Positions 1-8,383 of a stretch of 64,000 nt of DNA are shown here, piece by piece. The notes below the pieces were generated by a model. It searched no databases. It was not told the DNA's origin and worked only from the letters and a program-made list of their open reading frames with translations. A program made the translations under genes and the position numbers. How positions within the stretch are numbered: the stretch's first letter is position 1; every line of letters begins with the position of its first letter. The stretch lies in NCBI GenBank assembly GCA_046565505.1, contig JBKHYJ010000061.1:26552-90551 (forward strand), written 5' to 3'. Source of the stretch: Blastocatellia bacterium. Lineage in GTDB: Bacteria > Acidobacteriota > Blastocatellia > UBA7656.

Positions 1-73
1 CATCTTCGGCCTCCGCCGCCCCCCGGCGACCAGGCATCAGGAGAGAGTTCTTCCGCCGCCCGGGGGGCGCGGG

Positions 74-640
74 TTGTTCTCAGGCCCCCCGTCTGAAAAT
101 GGCGCCGGCCGCGACGTTGGCGAAAAATCCATTAACGCCTCGACCCGTGACGCAGAGTTAATAGAACGCGCCCGCAAGGGCGACGCGGCAACGCTTTCGG
201 ACGCCCAGGCGACGGGCAACGTCGAGTTGTACCGCGAGGCGCTCGACGAGCTGATCCGGCATGCGGCGGGGCGTCAGGAGTCTTTGAGCGCGCTCGTCAG
301 TCATGTTTCAAAGAGCGCTGAGTTACGGGCGAACATCGCCCTGGCGGAGGAAGCGTTGGCGATCTTGAGGGCCGCGCCCGGCCGCCGTTCAACATTAGAG
401 GCGCTGCACGTCGCCGCGCTTTCAGACGACGCGGCAACGTATCAAAGGGCGGTCGAAGAAGCCCTGGCCCTGTGGCAGGGCGGAAGGCTCGCGGGAATCT
501 CAGCCGGAGAGTTACTTACGCTGATCGAAAGTGAGTACTGGGTTCTCGCCTCGGAGGCGAGGCTAGGCGGTGCGGGCTTCGCGCTGAAACGCCGGCTCGC
601 AGACGTTCGCCGCAGGCTAGCGGCGGCGGCCGCACGGTAA
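74..640 (+). CDS. Hypothetical Ala-rich soluble protein. The frame is open back to the window edge, so the gene may begin upstream of position 1.
   Basis: 188-codon ORF with a TTG first codon in the ORF track. There is no stop in frame back to position 2, and no recognisable domain. Coding-like codon bias with GC-rich third positions. Confidence 0.4.
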   Translation: MFSGPPSENGAGRDVGEKSINASTRDAELIERARKGDAATLSDAQATGNVELYREALDELIRHAAGRQESLSALVSHVSKSAELRANIALAEEALAILRAAPGRRSTLEALHVAALSDDAATYQRAVEEALALWQGGRLAGISAGELLTLIESEYWVLASEARLGGAGFALKRRLADVRRRLAAAAAR

Positions 641-683
641 AATGGCCCCTCTTATCTTACGGAGCTAGCAATCGAGGTCAGTT

Positions 684-2924
684 ATGAACAACCTAGCTAT
701 GCAAATCAATTCCATCCCCTCCCCGATCCCTTACCTGCTGGTCGCGGCGGTCGCGGTAGTCCTGCTGATCGTCATCCTCAGGCGATTCCTGGTCAACGTC
801 GGCGCCCGCGAGATCGCAATCAAAGAGCGGCGCTACTTCGGCGCGAAGATGCCCCCCGGCCGCGTGGTCGCGACCGAAGGCGAAGTCGGCATTCAAGCCG
901 ACGTGCTCAAGCCCGGCCTGCATTTCATCAACCCGCTCACGGAGAGGGTGGTCCGCAAGGTCCCTCTGATCGAGATCGGCCCGGACGAAATGGGGATGAT
1001 CGAGGCCATAGACGGCGAGCCCATGCCGCCGGGAAGAATCTTTGCGCCGGACCGCGCCCAGAACGCGCACAATAATTTTCAGGACCCCATAGCTTTCATC
1101 AAGCAAGGCGGCGTCAAGGGCGTGCAGCTCCGCACGCTGCCGCCGGGGCTGTGGCCGATTCACCCATACCTGTTTCGGGTTTCGATTGCCAGGGCGACGG
1201 TAATCCCGCAGGGCAAGGTCGGCATAATCACGGCGGCCGATGGCGCGCCGCTCGACGCGGGCCGGCTGCTAGGGAAAGCGATCAACGGCCACATGAACTT
1301 TCAAGACGCGGAGCGATTCATCGCGTCGGGCGGGCAGAAGGGCCCGCAGGTGGAGATACTGACGCCGGGTACCTACCGCATACTGACGGAGTCGGCCACG
1401 CTCGATGGCGGGACCGACAGGCGGCTTGGCCTGTTCAGCGTGCGGCTATACGACGCGACCGTCATCCCCGAAAACAGCATAGGGCTCGTGGAGGCGTTGG
1501 ACGGGGCGCCGCTCGACCCTCGCGATTACGTGGCGACGCCGGTCGAAGGGCACGACAATTTTCAGGACGGCAACGAGTTCATCAGCCGCGGCGGGCAGCG
1601 CGGGCCGCAGAAAGACATACTGCTGCCGGGGACCTATTACATCAACCCGCTGCTGTTCAAAGTGATCCCGGAGTCGGCGAAGGAAGTCAAGCCGGGCGAA
1701 GTGGCGGTCGTCGTGTCGAACGTGGGCAAAGACCCTTCCGAAGAAGTGCGCAAGGCGATGGCGGCCAAGGTGCGCCAGAGGATGGAGCGCGAGGAGCAGG
1801 AGCATGTCGCGCAGGCGGTGGCGCGGCTCGATAAGCTGGATGACGAAAACCGCAGCGTGTCCGAGATCGAACAGGACCTCACGATGAGCGACCCGGCCGA
1901 CCGCCGCCTGGACGAAGGCGCGCACGAGGCTTACGTCGTGCCGAATGGGTTCCGCGGCATACAGGAGACGGTCGTGGGGCCGGGCCGCTACTACGTCAAC
2001 ACGCTCGCCGTATCCCCCATAGTCATACCGACGACGAACCAGACCGTCGAGTGGACGGCCGGCGAGGTGGCGAACACGTTCAACCCGTTCGAGGTGATTT
2101 CAAAAGACGGCTTCACGATGCAGCTTGAAGTGCGCGTCGTGTTCCGCGTCAAACCTGAAGACGCGCCCTTCATGGTGGCGAAGATCGGCTCGGTCGACCG
2201 GCTCATACAGAACGTTATGCACCCGCTGATAGACTCCATCTTCCGCAACCAGGCGTCGGAATCGTCCGCCATGGCCTACTTGCAGAACCGCCACGAAGAG
2301 CAGGAGCGCGCGGAGGCCCGCGTGCGGTCGCACCTGCTGAAGTATCACGTCGATGTCGTGAACGTTTTGATCTGCCACATTCATTTGCCTGAAGAGTTGA
2401 TGAAGACGCAGACGGAAAAGATACTGGCCGAGCAGCGACAGAACATGTTCAACGCCCAGCGCGAGGCCGAGGAGAAGCGCATTCAGCTTGAGAAGACGAA
2501 AGCGCATGCCGACAACCAGCGCGACCTGATGGCGGCGACCGTCGGCGTCGAGATTTCTGGCAAGCGCGCCGAGCAGCGCAAGGCGGAGGCCGACGGCGAG
2601 GCGCACTACATCCTGGCGACAGGTAAGGCGGAAGCCGAGAAGGTTCGCCTGATGGGCGAAGCGCAGGGCGTGGCCTACGCCGAGCAGGTCAACGCGCTCG
2701 GCCCGCAGGGCGTGGCCCTCGTAGAGATATTGAAGGTGATCGGCGAAAAGAACGTCCGCATCACCCCGGACGTAATGGCTACGGGCGGGACGGGCGACGG
2801 CGCGGGGGGTCTCGGCACGCTGCTACTGCTGAACCTGTTTCGCGAGCGGTTGAACATCGGCCCGGCCGCCGATAACGGCTCGCCGAACGGGTCTGCCGTG
2901 CCGGCGAAGCATAAAGAACGTTAG
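684..2924 (+). CDS. Flotillin/SPFH (band 7) family membrane protein with three internal repeats
   Basis: N-terminal TM helix (IPYLLVAAVAVVLLIVIL). Three tandem repeats of about 95 aa carry the motif NFQD-x3-FI-x2-GG-x-G-x-Q-x3-L-PG-Y. The C-terminal charged coiled-coil/flotillin-like region reads EAEEKRIQLEKTKAHADNQRD...KAEAEKVRLMGEAQG. GAGG lies 8 nt upstream of the ATG. Confidence 0.7.
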   Translation: MNNLAMQINSIPSPIPYLLVAAVAVVLLIVILRRFLVNVGAREIAIKERRYFGAKMPPGRVVATEGEVGIQADVLKPGLHFINPLTERVVRKVPLIEIGPDEMGMIEAIDGEPMPPGRIFAPDRAQNAHNNFQDPIAFIKQGGVKGVQLRTLPPGLWPIHPYLFRVSIARATVIPQGKVGIITAADGAPLDAGRLLGKAINGHMNFQDAERFIASGGQKGPQVEILTPGTYRILTESATLDGGTDRRLGLFSVRLYDATVIPENSIGLVEALDGAPLDPRDYVATPVEGHDNFQDGNEFISRGGQRGPQKDILLPGTYYINPLLFKVIPESAKEVKPGEVAVVVSNVGKDPSEEVRKAMAAKVRQRMEREEQEHVAQAVARLDKLDDENRSVSEIEQDLTMSDPADRRLDEGAHEAYVVPNGFRGIQETVVGPGRYYVNTLAVSPIVIPTTNQTVEWTAGEVANTFNPFEVISKDGFTMQLEVRVVFRVKPEDAPFMVAKIGSVDRLIQNVMHPLIDSIFRNQASESSAMAYLQNRHEEQERAEARVRSHLLKYHVDVVNVLICHIHLPEELMKTQTEKILAEQRQNMFNAQREAEEKRIQLEKTKAHADNQRDLMAATVGVEISGKRAEQRKAEADGEAHYILATGKAEAEKVRLMGEAQGVAYAEQVNALGPQGVALVEILKVIGEKNVRITPDVMATGGTGDGAGGLGTLLLLNLFRERLNIGPAADNGSPNGSAVPAKHKER

Positions 2925-2931
2925 AGATTAA

Positions 2932-2965
2932 ATCAGTGGCCCGGCCTTCCGAGCGGGCCACTGAT
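2932..2965 (+). terminator. Stem-loop terminator after the flotillin gene
   Basis: Perfect 12-bp inverted repeat ATCAGTGGCCCG / CGGGCCACTGAT with a 10-nt loop, 8 nt after the TAG stop, followed by the C/T-rich stretch ccccttcttc. Confidence 0.5.
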
Positions 2966-2975
2966 CCCCTTCTTC

Positions 2976-3001
2976 ATAAATCAATCCCTATAAATCAATC
3001 C
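2976..3001 (+). repeat. Direct repeat ATAAATCAATCC x2 (14-bp period) in the subtilisin-1 upstream region
   Basis: Two exact 12-mer copies separated by CT. An AATTATAATT palindrome lies at 3088-3097. Possible operator for the downstream S8 protease gene. Confidence 0.35.
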
Positions 3002-3222
3002 GTGCGAATCTCCCGCGCCTGCGCGACCCCGCCCGTGGTCACATGCTGTGATTTTGTTGCGGTTATTGCTATAACGGGCGGGCCGCAATTATAATTATAG
3101 GCGTCTCCCATTTCTTCCAGTGTTGAGCATAATTGGGTAAAGAGTCGAGCCGTTTTAGAGCCATTAAAATTAATCACGGACGCAGCAGTTACCCCTGCCG
3201 CTATATTCTTTCGAGGTAAGCG

Positions 3223-4878
3223 ATGAAAAAGTATGCAGTGCTGTGCGTGTGCCTGTCGTTAGCTTCCGTCCTTCTGGTGCCCCGCGAAACAGTCCATTCG
3301 CAGTCGCGCGCGGCGACGGGTCGCAATTACGTGGAAGGAGAGATCATCGTCAAATTCAGGGAGAGCGCGGAGCCCTTCTTAGAAGGACAAATCCCTGAAG
3401 AGATATTTAAAGGGAAGGCCACAAGGGTCGAGCCTTTATCTCGAAGAATGCACGGCAGCATCAACCGCATACGGCTCGGTGAGAATGTGTCTGTTGAAGA
3501 GGCGGTCGAGCAGGCGAAATCCGACCCGCGCGTGGAGTACGCCGAACCGAATTACCTGCTGTATGCCTCGGACACGACGCCGAATGACACTTACTTCACG
3601 AGGTTGTGGGGGATGCTGAACCCGGCCTGCCCCGCCTGTGACAATGGCGCGCGCGCGGACATAGGCGCGACGCGCGCGTGGGACATTACGACCGGCAGCG
3701 ACGACCTCGTCGTGGGCGTGATAGACACGGGCATAGACCTTTCTCACCCCGACCTCGCGCCCAACGCGTGGGTGAACCCGCGAGAGGTTGATGGGAATAA
3801 CGTAGACGACGACGGCAACGGCTACGTCGATGACGTGAACGGCTGGAATTTCTTCAGCGACAGCAAGGAGATCTATAAAGAGCGCTCGGAAGATTTGCAT
3901 GGCACGCACGTCGCCGGGACCATAGGCGCGGCGGGCAATAACGCGACGGGCGTCGCGGGCGTGGCCTGGCATGTGAAGCTCATGTCGCTGAAGTTCCTCG
4001 GCGGCAAGGATGGCAAAGGCTCGACCGGCAACGCGATAGAAGCCATCAACTACGCCATAGACCAGAAGCAGCGGGGTGTTAACATAAGAGTGCTCAACGC
4101 GAGCTGGGGCGGGGGCGGAAACTCCGCGGCGCTGCGCGAAGCGATCGCCGCGGCGGGAGAGGCGGGGATCGTGTTCGTATGCGCGGCGGGCAACGACGGC
4201 GAGGACGGCGACGCGTCCGACCATTTCCCTTCCGGCTACGCCCGCGAGCTTTCGAGCTGCGTGTCGGTCGCCGCGATCGACTCGCAAGACAACCTCGCTT
4301 CATTCTCAAACTATGGGCACAGCACCGTGAGCGTGGCCGCGCCCGGTTACCAGATTCTGAGCACGGTGCCGGAGGGCGGCTACAGCTCACTGAGCGGCAC
4401 CTCTATGGCTTCGCCGCACGTGGCCGGCGTGGCGGCGCTGCTTTTGTCCAAAGAGCCGTCGCTCACCCCGGCGGAAGTGAAGCAGCGAATTATCACGACG
4501 GCCGAGCCGATCCCTGCCCTGGTGTCTAAGGCCGTAAGCTCCGGCCGCGTGAATGCGTTTGACGCCCTGACGAGCAGGATCGCCCCCGCCGCTAAACCGG
4601 GCATCGTGAATGTGACGATAGATAAAAAGACGGTCACCATCGATGGCTTAGGTTTCTTGAGCAACTCCTCGGTTGTGGAAGTTAATGGGGCGCCGCTTTC
4701 GGGCATTAACTACGACAACTCCTACTCGCTCGCCAACGGTACGATCACAAGGCTGAGCATAGAACTGGGCAAGAAGGGCATAAAGAAGAACTTCCCGAAG
4801 GGCGAATATGTAAGCTTTACGGTTCTCAATTCGACGACGGGCGAGCGGTCCGCGCGATTCAGCACGGCGAGGTTTTAG
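3223..4878 (+). CDS. Secreted subtilisin-like serine protease, peptidase S8, with I9 propeptide and a C-terminal beta domain
   Basis: Signal peptide MKKYAVLCVCLSLASVLLVP. Catalytic triad motifs IDTGIDLSHPDL (Asp), HGTHVAGTIGA (His) and GTSMASPHVAGVAALL (Ser). Propeptide-like VEGEIIVKFRE. GAGG is 6 nt upstream of the ATG. Confidence 0.9.
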   Translation: MKKYAVLCVCLSLASVLLVPRETVHSQSRAATGRNYVEGEIIVKFRESAEPFLEGQIPEEIFKGKATRVEPLSRRMHGSINRIRLGENVSVEEAVEQAKSDPRVEYAEPNYLLYASDTTPNDTYFTRLWGMLNPACPACDNGARADIGATRAWDITTGSDDLVVGVIDTGIDLSHPDLAPNAWVNPREVDGNNVDDDGNGYVDDVNGWNFFSDSKEIYKERSEDLHGTHVAGTIGAAGNNATGVAGVAWHVKLMSLKFLGGKDGKGSTGNAIEAINYAIDQKQRGVNIRVLNASWGGGGNSAALREAIAAAGEAGIVFVCAAGNDGEDGDASDHFPSGYARELSSCVSVAAIDSQDNLASFSNYGHSTVSVAAPGYQILSTVPEGGYSSLSGTSMASPHVAGVAALLLSKEPSLTPAEVKQRIITTAEPIPALVSKAVSSGRVNAFDALTSRIAPAAKPGIVNVTIDKKTVTIDGLGFLSNSSVVEVNGAPLSGINYDNSYSLANGTITRLSIELGKKGIKKNFPKGEYVSFTVLNSTTGERSARFSTARF

Positions 4879-4910
4879 TCTGACGGCCGCCGTAACGGGA
4901 CGAGCCATTA

Positions 4911-4943
4911 GGCGGGCCGGGAGCGTGACGCTCCCGGCCCGCC
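4911..4943 (+). terminator. Intrinsic terminator after subtilisin-1
   Basis: Perfect 15-bp stem GGCGGGCCGGGAGCG / CGCTCCCGGCCCGCC with a 3-nt loop, followed by TTCTCTC. Confidence 0.6.
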
Positions 4944-5041
4944 TTCTCTCATGAGGCCTCACGCAATTGCGGGCGGCGGAGGCTTCGTCGCAAAGCCAGC
5001 AAGGGCCGTGGGGGCCGCTTTACATCAGGGCTTACTGTTAT

Positions 5042-5091
5042 ATTGCGATTTCATTGCGATATTTACTTCGACAGATGGCGGCACGTATAAT
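5042..5091 (+). promoter_or_regulatory. Candidate promoter (TTACTT-17-TATAAT) with an upstream ATTGCGAT direct repeat, for subtilisin-2
   Basis: ATTGCGAT at 5042-5049 and 5053-5060, one helical turn apart. The -35-like TTACTT is at 5063-5068, followed by a 17-bp spacer and a perfect TATAAT at 5086-5091, about 145 nt upstream of the ATG at 5234. Confidence 0.3.
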
Positions 5092-5233
5092 GAGACGCGC
5101 GCGGCGACCTGATTGCTCACTCATGGGGTCAACCCGGATGAAATGAGCAGTCGATCCGCATTCCGTAAATAAAACACATGACGGCGTGGCGGCTTCTCCG
5201 CACATCGGTGCAAGCCTCACAGAGGTTAGATTG

Positions 5234-6925
5234 ATGAAGAAGTGCGTAGTTTCGTTTTTGGCGCTGGCCATCTTTTCCTTCACTTTCATCCCGCACAACA
5301 TCGCGTATTCGCAGGCGCGCAAAAACACCGGGCGGCGCTTCGTAGAAGGCGAGATCATCGTCAAGCTCAGGGAGGATGTCGAGCAGATTCATGACGAGCA
5401 GATGCCCGAGCAGATACTCAGGGGGAGGAACGCGAGGGTTGAGTCCCTGTCCCGGTCCGGCCGGGGCGGCATGAGCCTGGTCCATCTCGACTCGAACATC
5501 TCTGTCGAAGAGGCCATCCGGGCGGCGAACGAAGACCCGCGCGTGGAGTTCGCCGAGCCCAACTACCTCTACGGCCCGGCCGACACGATCCCGCTAGACG
5601 CGCAGTTCGTGTCCCTCTGGGGCCTGCGCAACACGGGCAACAACTCCCTGTCACAGGGCATCGCCGGCATCGACATAAGCGCGACGCGCGCGTGGGACAT
5701 CACGACAGGGAGCGATAATATAGTCGCGGCGATCATAGATACGGGCGTTGACCTCTCCCACCCCGACCTCAGGCCTAACGCATGGAAGAACCCTGGCGAG
5801 ATCGCGGGCAATAACATAGACGACGATGGCAATGGCTATGTCGATGACGTGAATGGCTGGAACTTCGCCGCCGACAGCAACAGGACGTTCGAGGATTTTT
5901 CTATCGACCGGCACGGCACACACGTGGCGGGCACGCTCGGCGCGGCGGCCGACGACGAGCACATAGGGGTGGTAGGCGTCGCGTGGCACGTGAAGCTCAT
6001 GTCGCTGAAGTTCATAGGCAGGCAGGACGACGGCCGGGTCGCGGGCACAAGCTCGGACGCCGTGAAGGCCATCAACTACGCCATCGACATGAAACACCGT
6101 GGCGTGAACCTCCGCGTAATCAACGCGAGCTGGGCCGGCGACAGTAATTCAAAGGCGCTGCGGAAGGCCATAGATAAAGCGGGCCAGGAAGGAATACTGT
6201 TTGTCTGCGCGGCGGGAAATGGCGGCGACGACAACTCTCAAGACGACGTGGACGAAGGCTCCGTGTTCCCCGCGGGGTGGGCGGCCGATTCACCTTCCGT
6301 CTTATCTGTGACTACGATAACTGCTTCGGGAGCCGTCCCCACCTGGGCCAATTACGGCCACACGGGCGTGAGCGTTGCCGCCCCTGGGACTGACATACTG
6401 AGCACGCTCCCCGGAGGCGGGTATGGCATCGACAGCGGCACGTCTATGTCCACCCCGCACGTGGCCGGGATAGCCGTGTTGCTCTGGGCGCAAAATCCGT
6501 CGCTCAGCCCGGCGGAAGTGAAAGCGCGCATAATCTCGACCGCGGACCCGGTGCTGGGACTTGCTTCTCGTTCCGCCAGCGCGGGCCGCGCTAACGCGTA
6601 CAACGCGCTGACGCCGGGGACTCCGCGCCCGCGCCCCGCGCCCGCTATAAGGCTGGTGAGCAGCGATAAGAAGCACCTGACCGTTGATGGCCTGGGCGTC
6701 CTCGATGGCTCGTCGGTCATCGAGGTGAATGGCCTCGCCGTAGATGGCCGCTACGAGTTCGACGAGGCTTACAGGCTCGCGAACGGGACTCTGACGCGGC
6801 TCAGCGTTAAGCTCAGCAAATCGAAGTTGAAAGAGATTTTACCGTCCGGCCAAACGAGGTCGGTTAGCCTCTATAACCCGACGACCGGCGAGCGGTCAGC
6901 TACGGTCTTTTACGTCAGGAACTGA
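5234..6925 (+). CDS. Secreted subtilisin-like serine protease, peptidase S8, paralog of 3223..4878
   Basis: The ORF-track frame opens at 5186. I prefer the ATG at 5234 (MKKCVVSFLALAIFSF, a signal peptide) with GAGG 8 nt upstream. Motifs IDTGVDLSHPDL, HGTHVAGTLGA and GTSMSTPHVAGIAVLL. Same C-terminal domain as subtilisin-1. Confidence 0.9.
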   Translation: MKKCVVSFLALAIFSFTFIPHNIAYSQARKNTGRRFVEGEIIVKLREDVEQIHDEQMPEQILRGRNARVESLSRSGRGGMSLVHLDSNISVEEAIRAANEDPRVEFAEPNYLYGPADTIPLDAQFVSLWGLRNTGNNSLSQGIAGIDISATRAWDITTGSDNIVAAIIDTGVDLSHPDLRPNAWKNPGEIAGNNIDDDGNGYVDDVNGWNFAADSNRTFEDFSIDRHGTHVAGTLGAAADDEHIGVVGVAWHVKLMSLKFIGRQDDGRVAGTSSDAVKAINYAIDMKHRGVNLRVINASWAGDSNSKALRKAIDKAGQEGILFVCAAGNGGDDNSQDDVDEGSVFPAGWAADSPSVLSVTTITASGAVPTWANYGHTGVSVAAPGTDILSTLPGGGYGIDSGTSMSTPHVAGIAVLLWAQNPSLSPAEVKARIISTADPVLGLASRSASAGRANAYNALTPGTPRPRPAPAIRLVSSDKKHLTVDGLGVLDGSSVIEVNGLAVDGRYEFDEAYRLANGTLTRLSVKLSKSKLKEILPSGQTRSVSLYNPTTGERSATVFYVRN

Positions 6926-6938
6926 GCCCTGTTGAAAG

Positions 6939-6978
6939 AGGGCGAATGGCAGGTTTGCTCAGCCTCGCCATTCGCCCT
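6939..6978 (+). terminator. Stem-loop terminator after subtilisin-2
   Basis: 12-bp stem AGGGCGAATGGC / GCCATTCGCCCT with a 16-nt loop, followed by a long C/T-rich tract. Confidence 0.45.
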
Positions 6979-7106
6979 TCCCCTCCCCCTTTCCCCAGTT
7001 CTTTCCCTTTCTTCCCGCCCCGGCTTGTTGGCCGACGCTGGCTGCCATAAAATACCCTCGCGATCAGGGCCCCGACCCGGCGAGCGAATTCTAAGGGAGG
7101 GATAAG

Positions 7107-7901
7107 GTGAGACAGTATTTAGACCTGCTGAAGCGCGTTCTTGAAGACGGCGCCCCGAAAGGCGACCGCACGGGCACAGGCACTTTATCCGTCTTCGGGC
7201 ACCAGATGAGGTTCGATCTGTCTGAAGGATTCCCGCTTTTGACGACGAAGAAATTGCACGTCAAATCAATCATCTATGAGCTCCTATGGTTTTTGAGAGG
7301 CGACACGAATGTCAACTACCTCCGGGACCGCGGCGTGAACATTTGGAATGAATGGGCGGACGAGACGGGCGACCTCGGCCCTGTCTACGGCGCCCAGTGG
7401 AGGTCATGGAGGACGGCCGATGGCCGCACCGTAGACCAGATCAGCCAGGTGATAGAGCAGATTAAATCTGACCCCGATTCGAGGCGGCTGATCGTAAGCG
7501 CCTGGAACGTGGGCGAGCTTGATAGGATGGCTCTCATGCCCTGCCATGCGCTTTTTCAATTTTACGTCGCGCGAGGCAAGCTCTCTTGCCAGCTTTATCA
7601 GAGGTCGGCCGACGTGTTTCTGGGCGTCCCTTTCAACATCGCGTCTTACTCGCTGCTCACTATGATGGTGGCACAGGTCTGCGGCCTCGAACCCGGAGAG
7701 TTTATCCACACCCTGGGCGACGCCCACCTGTATTCCAACCACCTTGAGCAGGCGCGATTGCAACTCGGCCGCGCGCCCAACAGACTCCCTCGAATGAGGA
7801 TTAATCCGGACGTCACGTCTATTTTTGAATTCGGCTACGAGGATTTCGAGCTTACAGGCTACGAGGCCCACCCGCACATTAAAGCCGAAGTCGCTGTTTA
7901 G
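7107..7901 (+). CDS. thyA: Thymidylate synthase
   Basis: GTG start 6 nt after GGGAGG. Classic ThyA sequence ([52 protein letters not shown] active-site Cys region). 264 aa. Confidence 0.95.
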   Translation: MRQYLDLLKRVLEDGAPKGDRTGTGTLSVFGHQMRFDLSEGFPLLTTKKLHVKSIIYELLWFLRGDTNVNYLRDRGVNIWNEWADETGDLGPVYGAQWRSWRTADGRTVDQISQVIEQIKSDPDSRRLIVSAWNVGELDRMALMPCHALFQFYVARGKLSCQLYQRSADVFLGVPFNIASYSLLTMMVAQVCGLEPGEFIHTLGDAHLYSNHLEQARLQLGRAPNRLPRMRINPDVTSIFEFGYEDFELTGYEAHPHIKAEVAV

Positions 7902-8035
7902 AAGAATACCTGCGATAGCAAAAGATTGCTACAGATTATAGGCCAGACAGGTCAGTTAAGTAATCCGAAAAAGCCACGCTATTTGTCTTAACTATAGAGC
8001 CCCGACACCGCAATCAATTAACAATAATTAGCCTC

Positions 8036-8064
8036 TTGACAGGGATTCCTAAAGTAAATAAGAT
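8036..8064 (+). promoter_or_regulatory. Candidate sigma-70 promoter (TTGACA-17-TAAGAT) inside an AT-rich 480-bp intergenic island
   Basis: Perfect -35 hexamer at 8036-8041, 17-bp spacer, TAAGAT at 8059-8064. A hairpin ACTCTAAAGG...CCTTTTTAGAGT at 8106-8156 follows downstream, and the next ORF begins at 8384. Confidence 0.3.
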
Positions 8065-8383
8065 CGCTGGCCTGTTTATGATTTTTTAACAGATGTCATC
8101 AAGGAACTCTAAAGGCAAGGCTACTGCCCGAATCCGAAAATTGCCCTTTTTAGAGTAGTTTCTTAACCGAATCAACTAATTCTGGCCCGTTTGAAGTACC
8201 CCGAGGCTCAAGCTATCGATCGTAAACCTTTTCCAGTCTTTCTGATTTATTAGTTAGCCCCTGATAGTGCGTCAGTTGTCACAAGCAATTGATGTATGCC
8301 GCAACAACCGTCCGGCTTTGGTCGCGAGTTTTTTATAGCATAAAGCCGCGGCGCTTCCACAATTATGCCCCCGGAGGTTAATC

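Noticed and set aside
693-2606. Multiple 60-230-codon ORFs on both strands nested inside the flotillin gene (e.g. 693..1163-, 1151..1834+, 1446..1925-, 2100..2606-). Similar nested ORFs occur inside kgd, speA, the kinase and the subtilisins.
   Set aside because: High-GC DNA generates long stop-free antisense and shifted frames. These lack ribosome-binding sites, have Arg/Pro/Gly-dominated low-complexity translations, and overlap genes with clear homology-level signatures.
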